A stretch of 40,669 bases of DNA. It comes from Candidatus Aenigmatarchaeota archaeon (GTDB lineage: Archaea > Aenigmatarchaeota > Aenigmatarchaeia > GW2011-AR5). The DNA lies in NCBI GenBank assembly GCA_018304605.1, contig JAGVVU010000009.1:1-40669 (forward strand). Reading direction: 5' to 3'. A model generated the notes under the pieces. That model saw only the letters and a list, made by a program, of their open reading frames with translations. It did no database searches and was not told where the DNA came from. The position numbers were made by a program, and so were the translations under genes. Positions 19,324 to 28,211 of this stretch are shown here, in pieces. How positions within the stretch are numbered: the stretch's first letter is position 1; every line of letters starts with the position of its first letter.

Positions 19324-21813
19324 TTATTCTAGCACCTTCCCAACATCGACCTTGCCCGCATCGCTCTTTGCAGGATCGATGCCGTCCTCCCCTGCGATGA
19401 ACTGGATGATATGGTTCTTGCTGTCCCTGACCGTACCGTCATACTCCACCCTCAGGTCTTGCAACGCATTCACAAGCCTTCGTTCCATGTATCCGGAGTG
19501 CCTTGTGTGCAATGACTTGTCCATGAGGTTTTCCCTGGAGTTCATGGCGTCGAAGAAGAATTCGAAGGGATCGAGGCCCTTCTTGTAGCCATGGCTCACG
19601 AATCCGCACGCTTTCAGGCCCAGGTCGCCCGGCTTGAAGTGCGAAGTTGTCCTGTTCAGGAAGCCGCGATGGATACGCTCCCCTTCCAGAGCCTCCTGCC
19701 CCACGAAGGCGCACATCTGCGTGAGGTTGACGAAGCTGCCTCTTGCTCCCGTGACGGCCATCATGACGGATGAGTTCAGTGGAAGGTCCGCCTTGACTAT
19801 CTCCCCCGCCTCGTTTGACGCCATGCCTCCCATCTGAAGTATCTTGTTCTCGAATATCACGTTCCTCGTCAGTCCTACTGTACCCTCTATCTTTCCGGCG
19901 CTGAAGTCCTTTACCAGCTTCTCTGAATTTGTCTCGAATTCCTCCACGGCTTTTTCTATCTTCCTCTTTGCCTTCTCGGATATGTTGGTGTCAGCGACAG
20001 ATATGCTGAAGCCTTTCTTTGTCACTACGTCAAGGACGAGCCTCGTCATCCTGTCCAGGAATATTCGCGTGGTCTCGCTGCCGTATTTCCTCTCCATCGC
20101 GTCGATCAGCTTGCCCGTCTTTTCGCCCAGCGCATCGTCATCAATCACGCCTTTCTTGAGAACGCCGTTCTTTATTACAACCATTTCGTCGTCGAATCCG
20201 CTGCTGTAGACGGACGACTTGAATTCAAGATTGAGGTCCTTTGGAAGGAGCATGCTGAATATTTCTTTCCCTGTGTATTCCTCTTTCGCCTCGAAATCCT
20301 CTATGCCGACGGCGAAAAGCAGTTCTATCGCTTCTTTTCGCGAGAACTTGGCCTCCTTGCGGGTTAACATGTATGCGCCCGTCACGTGGTCGTGCTTCCC
20401 TGTTATTATCGGAGACCCGTACCTTGGCGACCTGATGTGCTTCTCGACGAGCATGAGCATCTCGGCCTCTGTCTGCGCCTCCTCTGTCTGCGGCACGTGC
20501 AGGTTCATCTCATCCCCGTCAAAGTCTGCGTTGTAAGGTATGGTCACCGCAAGATTTATGCGGAGCGTCTGGTAAGGCATGATGCGCGCGCGGTGCGCCA
20601 TCATCGACATCCTGTGCAGCGAAGGCTGCCTGTTCAGGAGCGTTATGTCATTGTCCATCATGTGCCTCTCGACAACGTAGCCGACGTCGAGCTCCCCCGA
20701 TATGTCCTTCTTGTTCTCGTCCGTGATTTTCTTCCTGATCCCGTCCGAGCGTAGAATATAATTGGCGCCGGGATGCACCTTCGAGCCGTTCAGCACGAGC
20801 CCTTTCAGCTCTGCGATGTTGTTCTTGGTGACCTTGATTTGCAGCGTGAGCTCCTTAGCTATGTCCATCGGCACGCCGACCTCGTTTATGGATATCCTTG
20901 GGTCAGGCGAGATGACGGTACGTGCCGAGAAGTTAACGCGCTTGCCGGACAGGTTTCCGCGGAATCGTCCTTCCTTCTTGCTCAGCCTCTGCATGAGCGT
21001 CTTCAATGCCCTTCCTGACCTGTGCCTTGCAGGAGGCAGCGTGGATATTTCGTTGCTCATCAATGTAGAAATATGATACTGCAGCAGCTCCCATATGTCC
21101 GCTATGATGAAGTCGGGCGCGCCTATCTCAAGATTCTTGCGCAGCCTTTCGTTTATCCTGACAACATCCACGAGCTTGTGCGTGAGGTCGTCCTCTGACC
21201 GCTCGCCGGTTTCCAGCGTTATCGACGGCCGCACGGTGACAGGCGGGACCGGAAGTATCGTGAGCACGAACCATTCGGGCCTACCGCCGCTTATCTTCAT
21301 GAGCTTGACGTCCTCGTCGGTCATTCTTTCCAGGCGCTGCCTGACTTCCTCGCTAGTTAGCTCGACTTTTCCTTCCCTGTACGAGGTCGGCTTCTGGAAT
21401 TCTATGTCCTTCTGCTTCTCGCCGCAATGAGGGCAGGTGCTTTTCTTTTTCTTGTATATCTCATTGAGGGGATTCTTCATCTCCTTCAATACTTCGTCAT
21501 CGACAAGAGGCTTCGAGCACTTCCTGCATATCGTTTTCAGCATCATGTATATTTTCTTTCCGTAGAGCGGGTGGACCACAGGCTTGATGAGCTCCAGATA
21601 TCCGAAATGGCCGAGGCATTGCCCTATCGTGCCGCCGCAGGTCCTGCATCGCAGCCCGGGGTCCACGACGCCAAGATGCAAGTCAGTCAGCCCGCCGTCT
21701 ATAGGGTATCCGTCCGGGTCGTACAGCTCGGCATGCTCTATCTTGATCGCCGACATCTCCTTGATGAGCTTCGGCGACATGAATCCGAATTCGATGCTTT
21801 TTATTGATGTCAT
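19324..21813 (-). CDS. rpoA1: DNA-directed RNA polymerase subunit A' (Rpo1N)
   Basis: Catalytic YNADFDGDEMN, GRFRGNLSGKRV and CRTC...GHFG Zn motif. Confidence 0.98.
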   Translation of the reverse strand: MTSIKSIEFGFMSPKLIKEMSAIKIEHAELYDPDGYPIDGGLTDLHLGVVDPGLRCRTCGGTIGQCLGHFGYLELIKPVVHPLYGKKIYMMLKTICRKCSKPLVDDEVLKEMKNPLNEIYKKKKSTCPHCGEKQKDIEFQKPTSYREGKVELTSEEVRQRLERMTDEDVKLMKISGGRPEWFVLTILPVPPVTVRPSITLETGERSEDDLTHKLVDVVRINERLRKNLEIGAPDFIIADIWELLQYHISTLMSNEISTLPPARHRSGRALKTLMQRLSKKEGRFRGNLSGKRVNFSARTVISPDPRISINEVGVPMDIAKELTLQIKVTKNNIAELKGLVLNGSKVHPGANYILRSDGIRKKITDENKKDISGELDVGYVVERHMMDNDITLLNRQPSLHRMSMMAHRARIMPYQTLRINLAVTIPYNADFDGDEMNLHVPQTEEAQTEAEMLMLVEKHIRSPRYGSPIITGKHDHVTGAYMLTRKEAKFSRKEAIELLFAVGIEDFEAKEEYTGKEIFSMLLPKDLNLEFKSSVYSSGFDDEMVVIKNGVLKKGVIDDDALGEKTGKLIDAMERKYGSETTRIFLDRMTRLVLDVVTKKGFSISVADTNISEKAKRKIEKAVEEFETNSEKLVKDFSAGKIEGTVGLTRNVIFENKILQMGGMASNEAGEIVKADLPLNSSVMMAVTGARGSFVNLTQMCAFVGQEALEGERIHRGFLNRTTSHFKPGDLGLKACGFVSHGYKKGLDPFEFFFDAMNSRENLMDKSLHTRHSGYMERRLVNALQDLRVEYDGTVRDSKNHIIQFIAGEDGIDPAKSDAGKVDVGKVLE

Positions 21814-21818
21814 GATTA

Positions 21819-24800
21819 TCACTCTTCAACGTTCACCTTCGGGTACATTCCAAGGCATTTCAATTCATCAAGCATCAGCTTGAAGGCATAGCTCATTTCT
21901 ACTTCTATTATCTTGCTCTTCTTGCACACCGCGCAGAACTTCTTCCCTTTAGTGAAGTCCTCCATCGCGACGAGTCCGCACTTGTCGCATATCGGGATCT
22001 TGTACTTGTCGCTGCTGAAACGTTCCTTGAGCAGCAGCGCGGCGCCATGCGCGATCAGGCAGTCCTTCTCCATCTCCCCCAGTCTCAGTCCGCCCTGCTT
22101 CGCGCGGCCTGCCGTCGGCTGCTTTGTCAGCAGCGTTACAGGACCTCTTGCCCTGGACTGTATCTTGTTGGCGACCATGTGGTGAAGTTTTTGATAGTAA
22201 CAAGGCCCGACGAGTATCCTCGCCTCGAGCATCCTGCCCGTTGTTCCGTCGCACATCGCCTCTTTGCCGTCGTCCCTGAATCCTGATTTCTTCAGCATGT
22301 CCCTTATGTTCTCCTCGCTCACTTCGGCGAACACCGACGAGTCGACTTCGTTCCCTGTGAGTGATGTTACCTTCGAGGCTATTATCTCCAGCAACTGTCC
22401 CAGTGTCATCCTGCTCGGTATTGCGTGAGGATTGATGATTATGTCAGGCGTTATGCCTGTGCAGGTGAAAGGCAGGTCTTCTTCAGGCACGATCAATGCA
22501 ACGACGCCCTTTTGTCCGTGTCGCGAAGCGAACTTGTCGCCCAGCTCTGGGATTCTGTCGCTGCGCACGTTTATCTTCACCAGCTTGTTGCCGCTAATGG
22601 TTTCCGTGATTATGACATTGTCGACTATTCCTTCCTCGCCGTGCCGTATCGTCTCGCTCGTTTCTCGCCTGTTCTCTGTCTCGACCATGAAACTCTCCAC
22701 AGGTCCAAAGAAACGCAAAGGCGAGACCTTTCCTATGAGCACGTCTCCAGACTCCACAGGCGTCTCGCGGTTCACTATCCCGTCCGCGCCGAGATTCGCG
22801 TACGCTTCTTCCGTCCTGTAGCCGTTCACTGACTTGTCCGGTATCTTTATCTCGTCCTTTTCTATTCCCCAGTATTTCTTCTCTTCCGTGGCATAACTTC
22901 TGAAGAATACCGATCTCCCAAAACCCCTCTCGAGCGTTGCCTTGTTGAAGACTATGCCGTCTTCCATGTTGTAGCCGTTGAAGCTCATTATCGCGATGGT
23001 TATGTTCTGTCCCTGCGGATGATTGTCCATGTCGGACTCGTGACCTACCACGGTGTTGACGAGCGGGACCTGCGGATATATCAGAACGTCCGATTTCGTG
23101 TCCGTTCTCATCAGGTAGTTTGTCGCGAAGATGCCCAGCGATTGCCCGGACATCTTGGCGCCGAAGTTTACACGATCCCCCCTGTTGTGCGCGGCAAACG
23201 GCACCAGCGAGGCTGAAAGCCCGAGAATGACGCCAGGGTCCACTTCCATGTGCGTGTGCTCCTTTGTTATGCTCTCCTTGTTGATCGCAACGTAAGAATT
23301 ATTTTCCTCTTCGGCGTCCAGGTACTCTATGACGCCCTGCTTTATCAGGTCCTGCCATTTGATCTCCGCCGCCTCCAGCCCCCCCACGTGCTTTTCTGTC
23401 AGCAGCGACTTTCCGTTCTCTACGACTATCATAGGCCTCTGGAGCCTGCCCGAGTCCGTGTTGATGTGGATCTCGTCGAACCCGTGGGAATAGACTATGC
23501 TTATCTGCGGGTCGATATGCCCGCTCCTTCGCTTTTGCCTCAGCTTCTGGATGAACTCGTCGGGCTTGGCCGACCTCCCCGCGATTTCCCCGTTGATGAA
23601 TACGATGGTTCCTTCCTCGCCCACTTCCTTCTTCACGAATTCCCTTATGTTGTCGATGTCCTTGCTCGTTTCCGTTATCGCCGCGAAGAGCGCAAGGTAC
23701 TTGCGCAGGCCTATGTTGACTCCTTCGGGCGTCTCTTCCGCGCAAAGCCTTCCCCAGTGCGTGGCATGCAGAGCCCTCGCCTCGAAGTGCTCCTGGGAAG
23801 CGGACAGCGGAGAGATCACGTTTCTCAGATGGGCAATTGTTCTTACGTGGTTCGTCCGTTCAAGGCGCTGGCAGACACCCGTGCGCCCGCCAATCCACTG
23901 GCCGGTCGCCATGTGGGATATTATTCTCTTCGTGAGGTAGTCGCTCTCGACGATCGATTTTATCGAAGGCATCTTGCCTCTCTTCACGAGCTTCTGGTAG
24001 GAATAGATTATTCTGGAAACCAGCCCGTACTTGCCCAGCAATATTGACCTGAAAAGTATCTCGAGGAAGTCTGAGACCATGCGGAGCCTCTTGTTCTCGT
24101 AGTGGTCTATGTCCTGTTCCTTCGCGTCGTGCAGCCCGACCTTGAGTATTTTTTTGACGACCTGCGAAAGGTATAACGCCTTTTTCATCCTGTCGGCCTT
24201 CTTCTGTCCCAGGTGAGGGAGCAGGTACTTGTCCATGATGTCCGTTATGCGCTTGTCCCGGTACTCCTTCTGGGGTATCCTCAGCTTCTTGCCGATATAT
24301 TCTTTGGCATCTTCAGGGGTGTTGACCTCGAATTCGTAAAGATTGAAGTATATTTCCTGCCTCTCGGCATCTGTGGACGCGATCGCCTCTACGATCTCCT
24401 TGTCAGTCTCCATCCCCAGCGCGCGCAGCAGCACGACCACTGGCAGTTTCTTGAGGTTCGCAAATGATATGGCTATTGTCCCGCTTTTGCGCTCCAGCGT
24501 GTGCCTCTGGACGAAGCCCGATGATTCGCTGTTTATGCGGGCCGTCTCGTTTTCCCCTTTTATTTCTATTATTGGCCTGTTCGAAAGCACCTCTTCCACC
24601 ATGACTATTACCCTTTCCGTGCCGTTGATTATGAAATAGCCGCCCGGGTCGTGGATTTCAGCATGATAGGCAGGTCGCCGAGCTTGACCTCCTGGGGTTC
24701 CTGCTCGACTCCGTTGATGACAGGTACCATCTCTACAAAAATCGGTGAAGAATAAGTAAGGTCCCTTATGCGCGATTCAGTCGGCGTTATCGGCCTTGTG

Positions 24801-25024
24801 GCGCCGTCGGCTTCCTTGACTACGGGCTTCGGTATCCTGACCTTGCCCAGCTTTATGCGGAATTCGGCCAGTTCAGGCGTCTCCAGCTCTATCTCGCCGA
24901 TCTCGTCGATTATTTTCTGGACGCGCACGTCGATGAACTCGTCGAAGCTCTTGATCTGGTGGTCGACGAATCCGACGTCGTGCTTGAACGACTTCAGGAG
25001 CGTCTTGTAATCTCTTGTGTCCAT
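21819..25024 (-). CDS. rpoB: DNA-directed RNA polymerase subunit B (unsplit Rpo2); frameshift with missing codons at about 24653
   Basis: The 5' part ends at GDLPIMLKS and the -1 frame resumes with HDPGGYFIINGTERVIV. Also GDKFASRHGQKG and GGLRLGEMEKD. Confidence 0.95.
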
Positions 25025-25162
25025 TTTATCGACTCCGTGATGTAAGTGCCAGATTTTTATCCGCTTTTTGTAATATGTTTCTGTTACAAAGCTTTGCTTT
25101 GCGACACACATCGAGCAAGCTCGATGATGTTTTGATTGAAATTTTCTTTTCCAAAGAAAAGT

Positions 25163-25417
25163 TCATGCCACGACCCTGTAATAGTTGTACTCCTCTGCCA
25201 CCAGGGAGTTTCTTGTTATCTTGATGACATCGCCTTTCTTGCCCTGAAGGATTTTCACGACAGGATCGTCTTCCTTTATGCGCGGGAACTGCTTTGGAGA
25301 AACATTGAGGCTTTTCATGAGCTCCGCCTTCTCGTCGCCGCTGAGTATCTGGTGCTTCGGAACGAGATTGCTCTGGAAAATGTCTATGTCAGTTTCCTCT
25401 TTTTTCTTGGTTGCCAT
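25163..25417 (-). CDS. rpoH: DNA-directed RNA polymerase subunit H (Rpo5)
   Basis: LVPKHQIL, FPRIKEDDPV, GDVIKITRNS and YYRVV motifs. Confidence 0.96.
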   Translation of the reverse strand: MATKKKEETDIDIFQSNLVPKHQILSGDEKAELMKSLNVSPKQFPRIKEDDPVVKILQGKKGDVIKITRNSLVAEEYNYYRVVA

Positions 25418-25472
25418 TCTTTTCACCATGAGCATATCAGAGTCGTCCCTCTGGACTCTAATTTTTTCTTTA

Positions 25473-25679
25473 TTATATAGAGTGAATCCTTGACTTTCTG
25501 AACCCCGAAACTGTCTTTTCAATCCTGTACATTGTTATTTCCTGAATGTGTGACAATGCTTCAGATTTTCTGAAAAATTCCCCTTCATCCCTGATAAGCA
25601 TTTTTTGCCTGTTTGTTACTATCTCGAACCAGCAGGCGTCATACCTTCCTAAATTATCGAACTGCAAAATACCAACCAT
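25473..25679 (-). CDS. Small hypothetical protein (68 aa)
   Basis: ATG at 25679 preceded by GGTGG; lies between tRNA-Lys and rpoH. Confidence 0.45.
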   Translation of the reverse strand: MVGILQFDNLGRYDACWFEIVTNRQKMLIRDEGEFFRKSEALSHIQEITMYRIEKTVSGFRKSRIHSI

Positions 25680-25694
25680 TCGTCCACCGATTTT

Positions 25695-25781
25695 ATAATA
25701 TTTTCTTCTTTCCGCCAGTGACTGACGCTTTAGCGTCTTTCTGCTTGGCTTTCTTCTTTTCCTAAAAGAAGAAAGGGTTAA
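25695..25781 (-). repeat. About 85 bp hairpin repeat just 3' of tRNA-Lys (copy 1 of 2)
   Basis: Reverse complement aligns with 28014-28097 (TTAACCC-hairpin-GCCAA...GACGCTAAAGCGTCAGTCACTGGCGGAAA...ATATTAT). Confidence 0.85.
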
Positions 25782-25782
25782 A

Positions 25783-26005
25783 TGGGCCCGACGGGATTCG
25801 AACCCGCGACACCCGGCTGTCTCTGGATGACGCAAGCTGCATGACGCCTTTGGCGTCTCCTTGCCTTGCGTCCGGCTTTCTTCATCCTCGGTGCCGCATT
25901 TTTCCATGCTGTCACCATGGATGTAAAAGGCCGATGCTCTACCAGGATTCTCCAGCCTTTCTTCTGGCATTCTTTCCAAGAAAGGACTGTCTGAGCTACA
26001 GGCCC
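25783..26005 (-). tRNA. tRNA-Lys(UUU) with introns at 15/16 (25947-25990) and 37/38 (25819-25923)
   Basis: Spliced form GGGCCTGTAGCTCAG|CCTGGTAGAGCATCGGCCTTTTA|AGCCGGGTGTCGCGGGTTCGAATCCCGTCGGGCCCA folds as a cloverleaf; relaxed BHB motifs at both junctions. Confidence 0.9.
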
Positions 26006-26006
26006 G

Positions 26007-26201
26007 CGCCTCGGTCGGGATTTTCAGGCAATTTCTAGGTTCGCTGGCGTTCTTTTCCGCCGGCGCTTTTCTTATAGAAAAGGGCCGTTTGAACCCGAGT
26101 CAGCGGCGTGACAGGCCACTATGCTAGGCCAGTTCGCACACCTTTTCAGCTGCATTTTTGGTGCAGCTTTTTTCCAAAAAGGTGCTCTACACCACCGAGG
26201 C
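26007..26201 (-). tRNA. tRNA-Asp(GUC) with introns at 15/16 (26132-26186) and 59/60 (26021-26087)
   Basis: Spliced form GCCTCGGTGGTGTAG|TGGCCTAGCATAGTGGCCTGTCACGCCGCTGACTCGGGTTCAAA|TCCCGACCGAGGCG; strict BHB (TTCA/TGAA central helix) at the T-loop intron. Confidence 0.9.
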
Positions 26202-26343
26202 AAGTATGATCTAAGAAGGCTTCCCAGGAAAGTCTTCTGGCTAATTGTTAATGATTTAATGGAGATTTTACAGTCCTTCATCTGGTTTGTTAGTTTTCAA
26301 GAAAATTTGGGTAAATGTCACGCTTCCACCGGGTCAATATTAA

Positions 26344-26459
26344 TGGTAAGCGACGTATAAACTTTCCCAAGCTCTCGCTTAGTACTCATTGTATCGCTGG
26401 AGAGATTCACTTCCAAGTTCGAAATGGGTTTGGGTCTACCCTCTCCGCTATGGCCGCCA
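26344..26459 (-). rRNA. rrf: 5S rRNA (stand-alone, upstream of tRNA-Asp and tRNA-Lys)
   Basis: Reverse complement TGGCGGCCATAGCGGAGAGGG...CCCATTTCGAACTTGGAAGTGAA...CCAGCG...AGTACT..GCGAGAGC..GGGAAA...GTCGCTTACCA matches 5S landmarks and length; ends approximate. Confidence 0.85.
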
Positions 26460-26521
26460 ACCTCTCGTTATTTCGATAAAAAGAGATTTAAAGATTACAA
26501 TTTGCGCCGATTTGCGTATTT

Positions 26522-26749
26522 TTAACGAGAATGCATTTTGTATGCTATTTTGACCCCAGGATATGTGAGAAATGCTCTTGCGTCTGTGAAATTCCTGGGC
26601 TGTGAGTTCCAGTTTTCGTCAAACATTCTCTCTGTATAGCCGTGACTTGTGAATACCCGGCCAAAAGCGTACCCCGCTGCCAAATGAGGTGCCTCAACTA
26701 AAGCAGCTGTTCCCAAAGCAACCAAGGCACCTTTGACGAATCTGTTCAT
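26522..26749 (-). CDS. Small hypothetical protein with N-terminal hydrophobic segment
   Basis: 75-aa ATG ORF. Confidence 0.5.
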   Translation of the reverse strand: MNRFVKGALVALGTAALVEAPHLAAGYAFGRVFTSHGYTERMFDENWNSQPRNFTDARAFLTYPGVKIAYKMHSR

Positions 26750-26882
26750 AATTATCCCTAAAATACTACAACCAACTTAAGGATTACTCCATATTTATAT
26801 GGTATACCTCCATGCACAGAAACCTATTTAAACTTTTGTTACTAAATAGAGGTTACAATACGGGTCAATTACGGTGTGTGTC

Positions 26883-27257
26883 ATGGTAAGCGATATTGTA
26901 AAGGATTTTGTAGGCAGTTTGTTTGTAGAAAGGGCCAAGGAACCAGGCCACGAAGGCGCCTTTGACAAGGGTGTTGCGGATTACTTCAGAGCCGGAAGCG
27001 GATTAAGGTATTCGCTTGATGAGGCACTGCCAACAGTTGTGAACGAGAGATTGCCGGAATTCGTAGGTCATGACGAATCGATTGATGTATTTAGATTAAG
27101 AGCATATTTTAGAGGGATAAATGCCTGCGTAGATCTTTCAAAACTGCATTCCGTTGGGGTCAAGTTTGAGGATGCAGAAACAGTTTATTTGGAAAAGGCG
27201 TTGGCAAGCATGAGAAGGCAGAAACCGCGTGATGGTGAATCAACGGAGTTGAGTTGA
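26883..27257 (+). CDS. Hypothetical protein
   Basis: 124-aa ORF closely followed by the next gene. Confidence 0.55.
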   Translation: MVSDIVKDFVGSLFVERAKEPGHEGAFDKGVADYFRAGSGLRYSLDEALPTVVNERLPEFVGHDESIDVFRLRAYFRGINACVDLSKLHSVGVKFEDAETVYLEKALASMRRQKPRDGESTELS

Positions 27258-27259
27258 GC

Positions 27260-27466
27260 ATGAAAGTCAAATCAAGGATGTCAAGGGTAAAGGGATGGCT
27301 TACCCATGAGGACATAGAGCTTCTCGAGGAAGCCAGCAAGCGCCAGCTCAAGTACCCGAAGAATCCGGCAAAGAAATACAACTGCAAGTCGTGCAGCTAC
27401 ACGTGGCTTTATCATTCGCTGAGGTGCCCTGTTTGTTCTTCGGCTGAGACGGAGCAGATAAAGTAA
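27260..27466 (+). CDS. Small Zn-ribbon protein
   Basis: CKSC...CPVC motif. Confidence 0.6.
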   Translation: MKVKSRMSRVKGWLTHEDIELLEEASKRQLKYPKNPAKKYNCKSCSYTWLYHSLRCPVCSSAETEQIK

Positions 27467-27516
27467 GAAATTCTGTTTTCATAAATTATTTTATTCCCGA
27501 ATTCCATAATTATTCT

Positions 27517-27630
27517 ATGAAGATGAGGACTATAGATAAAGGGCTCGTGCGCGAAATCATCCTTATCGGGCTTATAGTGTTTTTCATACTCTTCTTTCTT
27601 TTACTGCTGAATTACAGGCCGGTTTCTTGA
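27517..27630 (+). CDS. Putative 37-aa single-TM microprotein
   Basis: MKMRTIDKGLVREIILIGLIVFFILFFLLLLNYRPVS, translated by hand; below the ORF-track cutoff. Confidence 0.45.
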   Translation: MKMRTIDKGLVREIILIGLIVFFILFFLLLLNYRPVS

Positions 27631-27667
27631 AGTTTTAAATATTAACAAAATGCCTATTGTATAATTC

Positions 27668-27821
27668 CCCCTGATAGCTCAACGGTAGAGCGCGCGGCTG
27701 TAGTTTTTTGCATCCAGGACAAAAGCATTGTCTTTGCAATTGACACCAGTATGTGCTCGGCAGTCACCGCGAGGTTCTGGGTTCAAATGAGAGATGGACT
27801 CTGAAAATCCCAGTCGGGGGA
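27668..27821 (+). tRNA. tRNA-Tyr(GUA) with introns at 37/38 (27704-27765) and 59/60 (27788-27807)
   Basis: Spliced form CCCCTGATAGCTCAACGGTAGAGCGCGCGGCTGTAG|ACCGCGAGGTTCTGGGTTCAAA|TCCCAGTCGGGGGA; archaeal C1-G72 pair; BHB-type junctions; TTTTAAAT box about 30 nt upstream. Confidence 0.92.
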
Positions 27822-27834
27822 TTATAGTGATAAT

Positions 27835-28017
27835 ATGAAAATAGAACTCGTCGACATTGTAGTGGCCGTTTTGGCAGTCTTCTTCCTGGCCGCATACTTC
27901 AGGCTTGGCACTGCGGCATTCTTGTACGTCGTAGTCCTGCTGGTTCTGGCCGAAGTTGTCGTGCTGCTCAGGTTCAAGAAGGAGCGCGAGGTCAAGCAGC
28001 CCGAATCGATGCCTTAA
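27835..28017 (+). CDS. Small two-TM membrane protein
   Basis: 60-aa hydrophobic ORF 13 nt downstream of tRNA-Tyr. Confidence 0.55.
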   Translation: MKIELVDIVVAVLAVFFLAAYFRLGTAAFLYVVVLLVLAEVVVLLRFKKEREVKQPESMP

Positions 28018-28097
28018 CCCTTTTCTTTTTGCAAAAGAAAAGCCAAAGTTGCACGACGCTAAAGCGTCAGTCACTGGCGGAAAAGAAAACATATTAT
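28014..28097 (+). repeat. About 85 bp hairpin repeat starting at the stop codon of the upstream ORF (copy 2 of 2)
   Basis: Homologous to the reverse complement of 25695-25781. Confidence 0.85.
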
Positions 28098-28211
28098 CCT
28101 AGAATGCATTGAATACTGCGGTCTTTAGACCGCAGATGAAACTCAATGCATTCTGGATGCCATGTTCCCAGATACCCCATGGCTTTAGCCATGGGTTATA
28201 AGGAACATATC
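28096..28211 (+). repeat. Multi-hairpin structured non-coding element, copy C (minimal, divergent)
   Basis: Same two-domain scaffold as copies A and B, with compensatory substitutions. Confidence 0.8.

Noticed and set aside
21819-25111. Natural split of RpoB into B'' and B'
   Set aside because: The break falls after only about 125 codons, not at the euryarchaeal mid-protein split, and conserved residues are missing at the join.
25680-26360. ORFs overlapping 25680-26360
   Set aside because: The region is explained by intron-containing tRNA-Lys and tRNA-Asp, a repeat and the 5S rRNA end.
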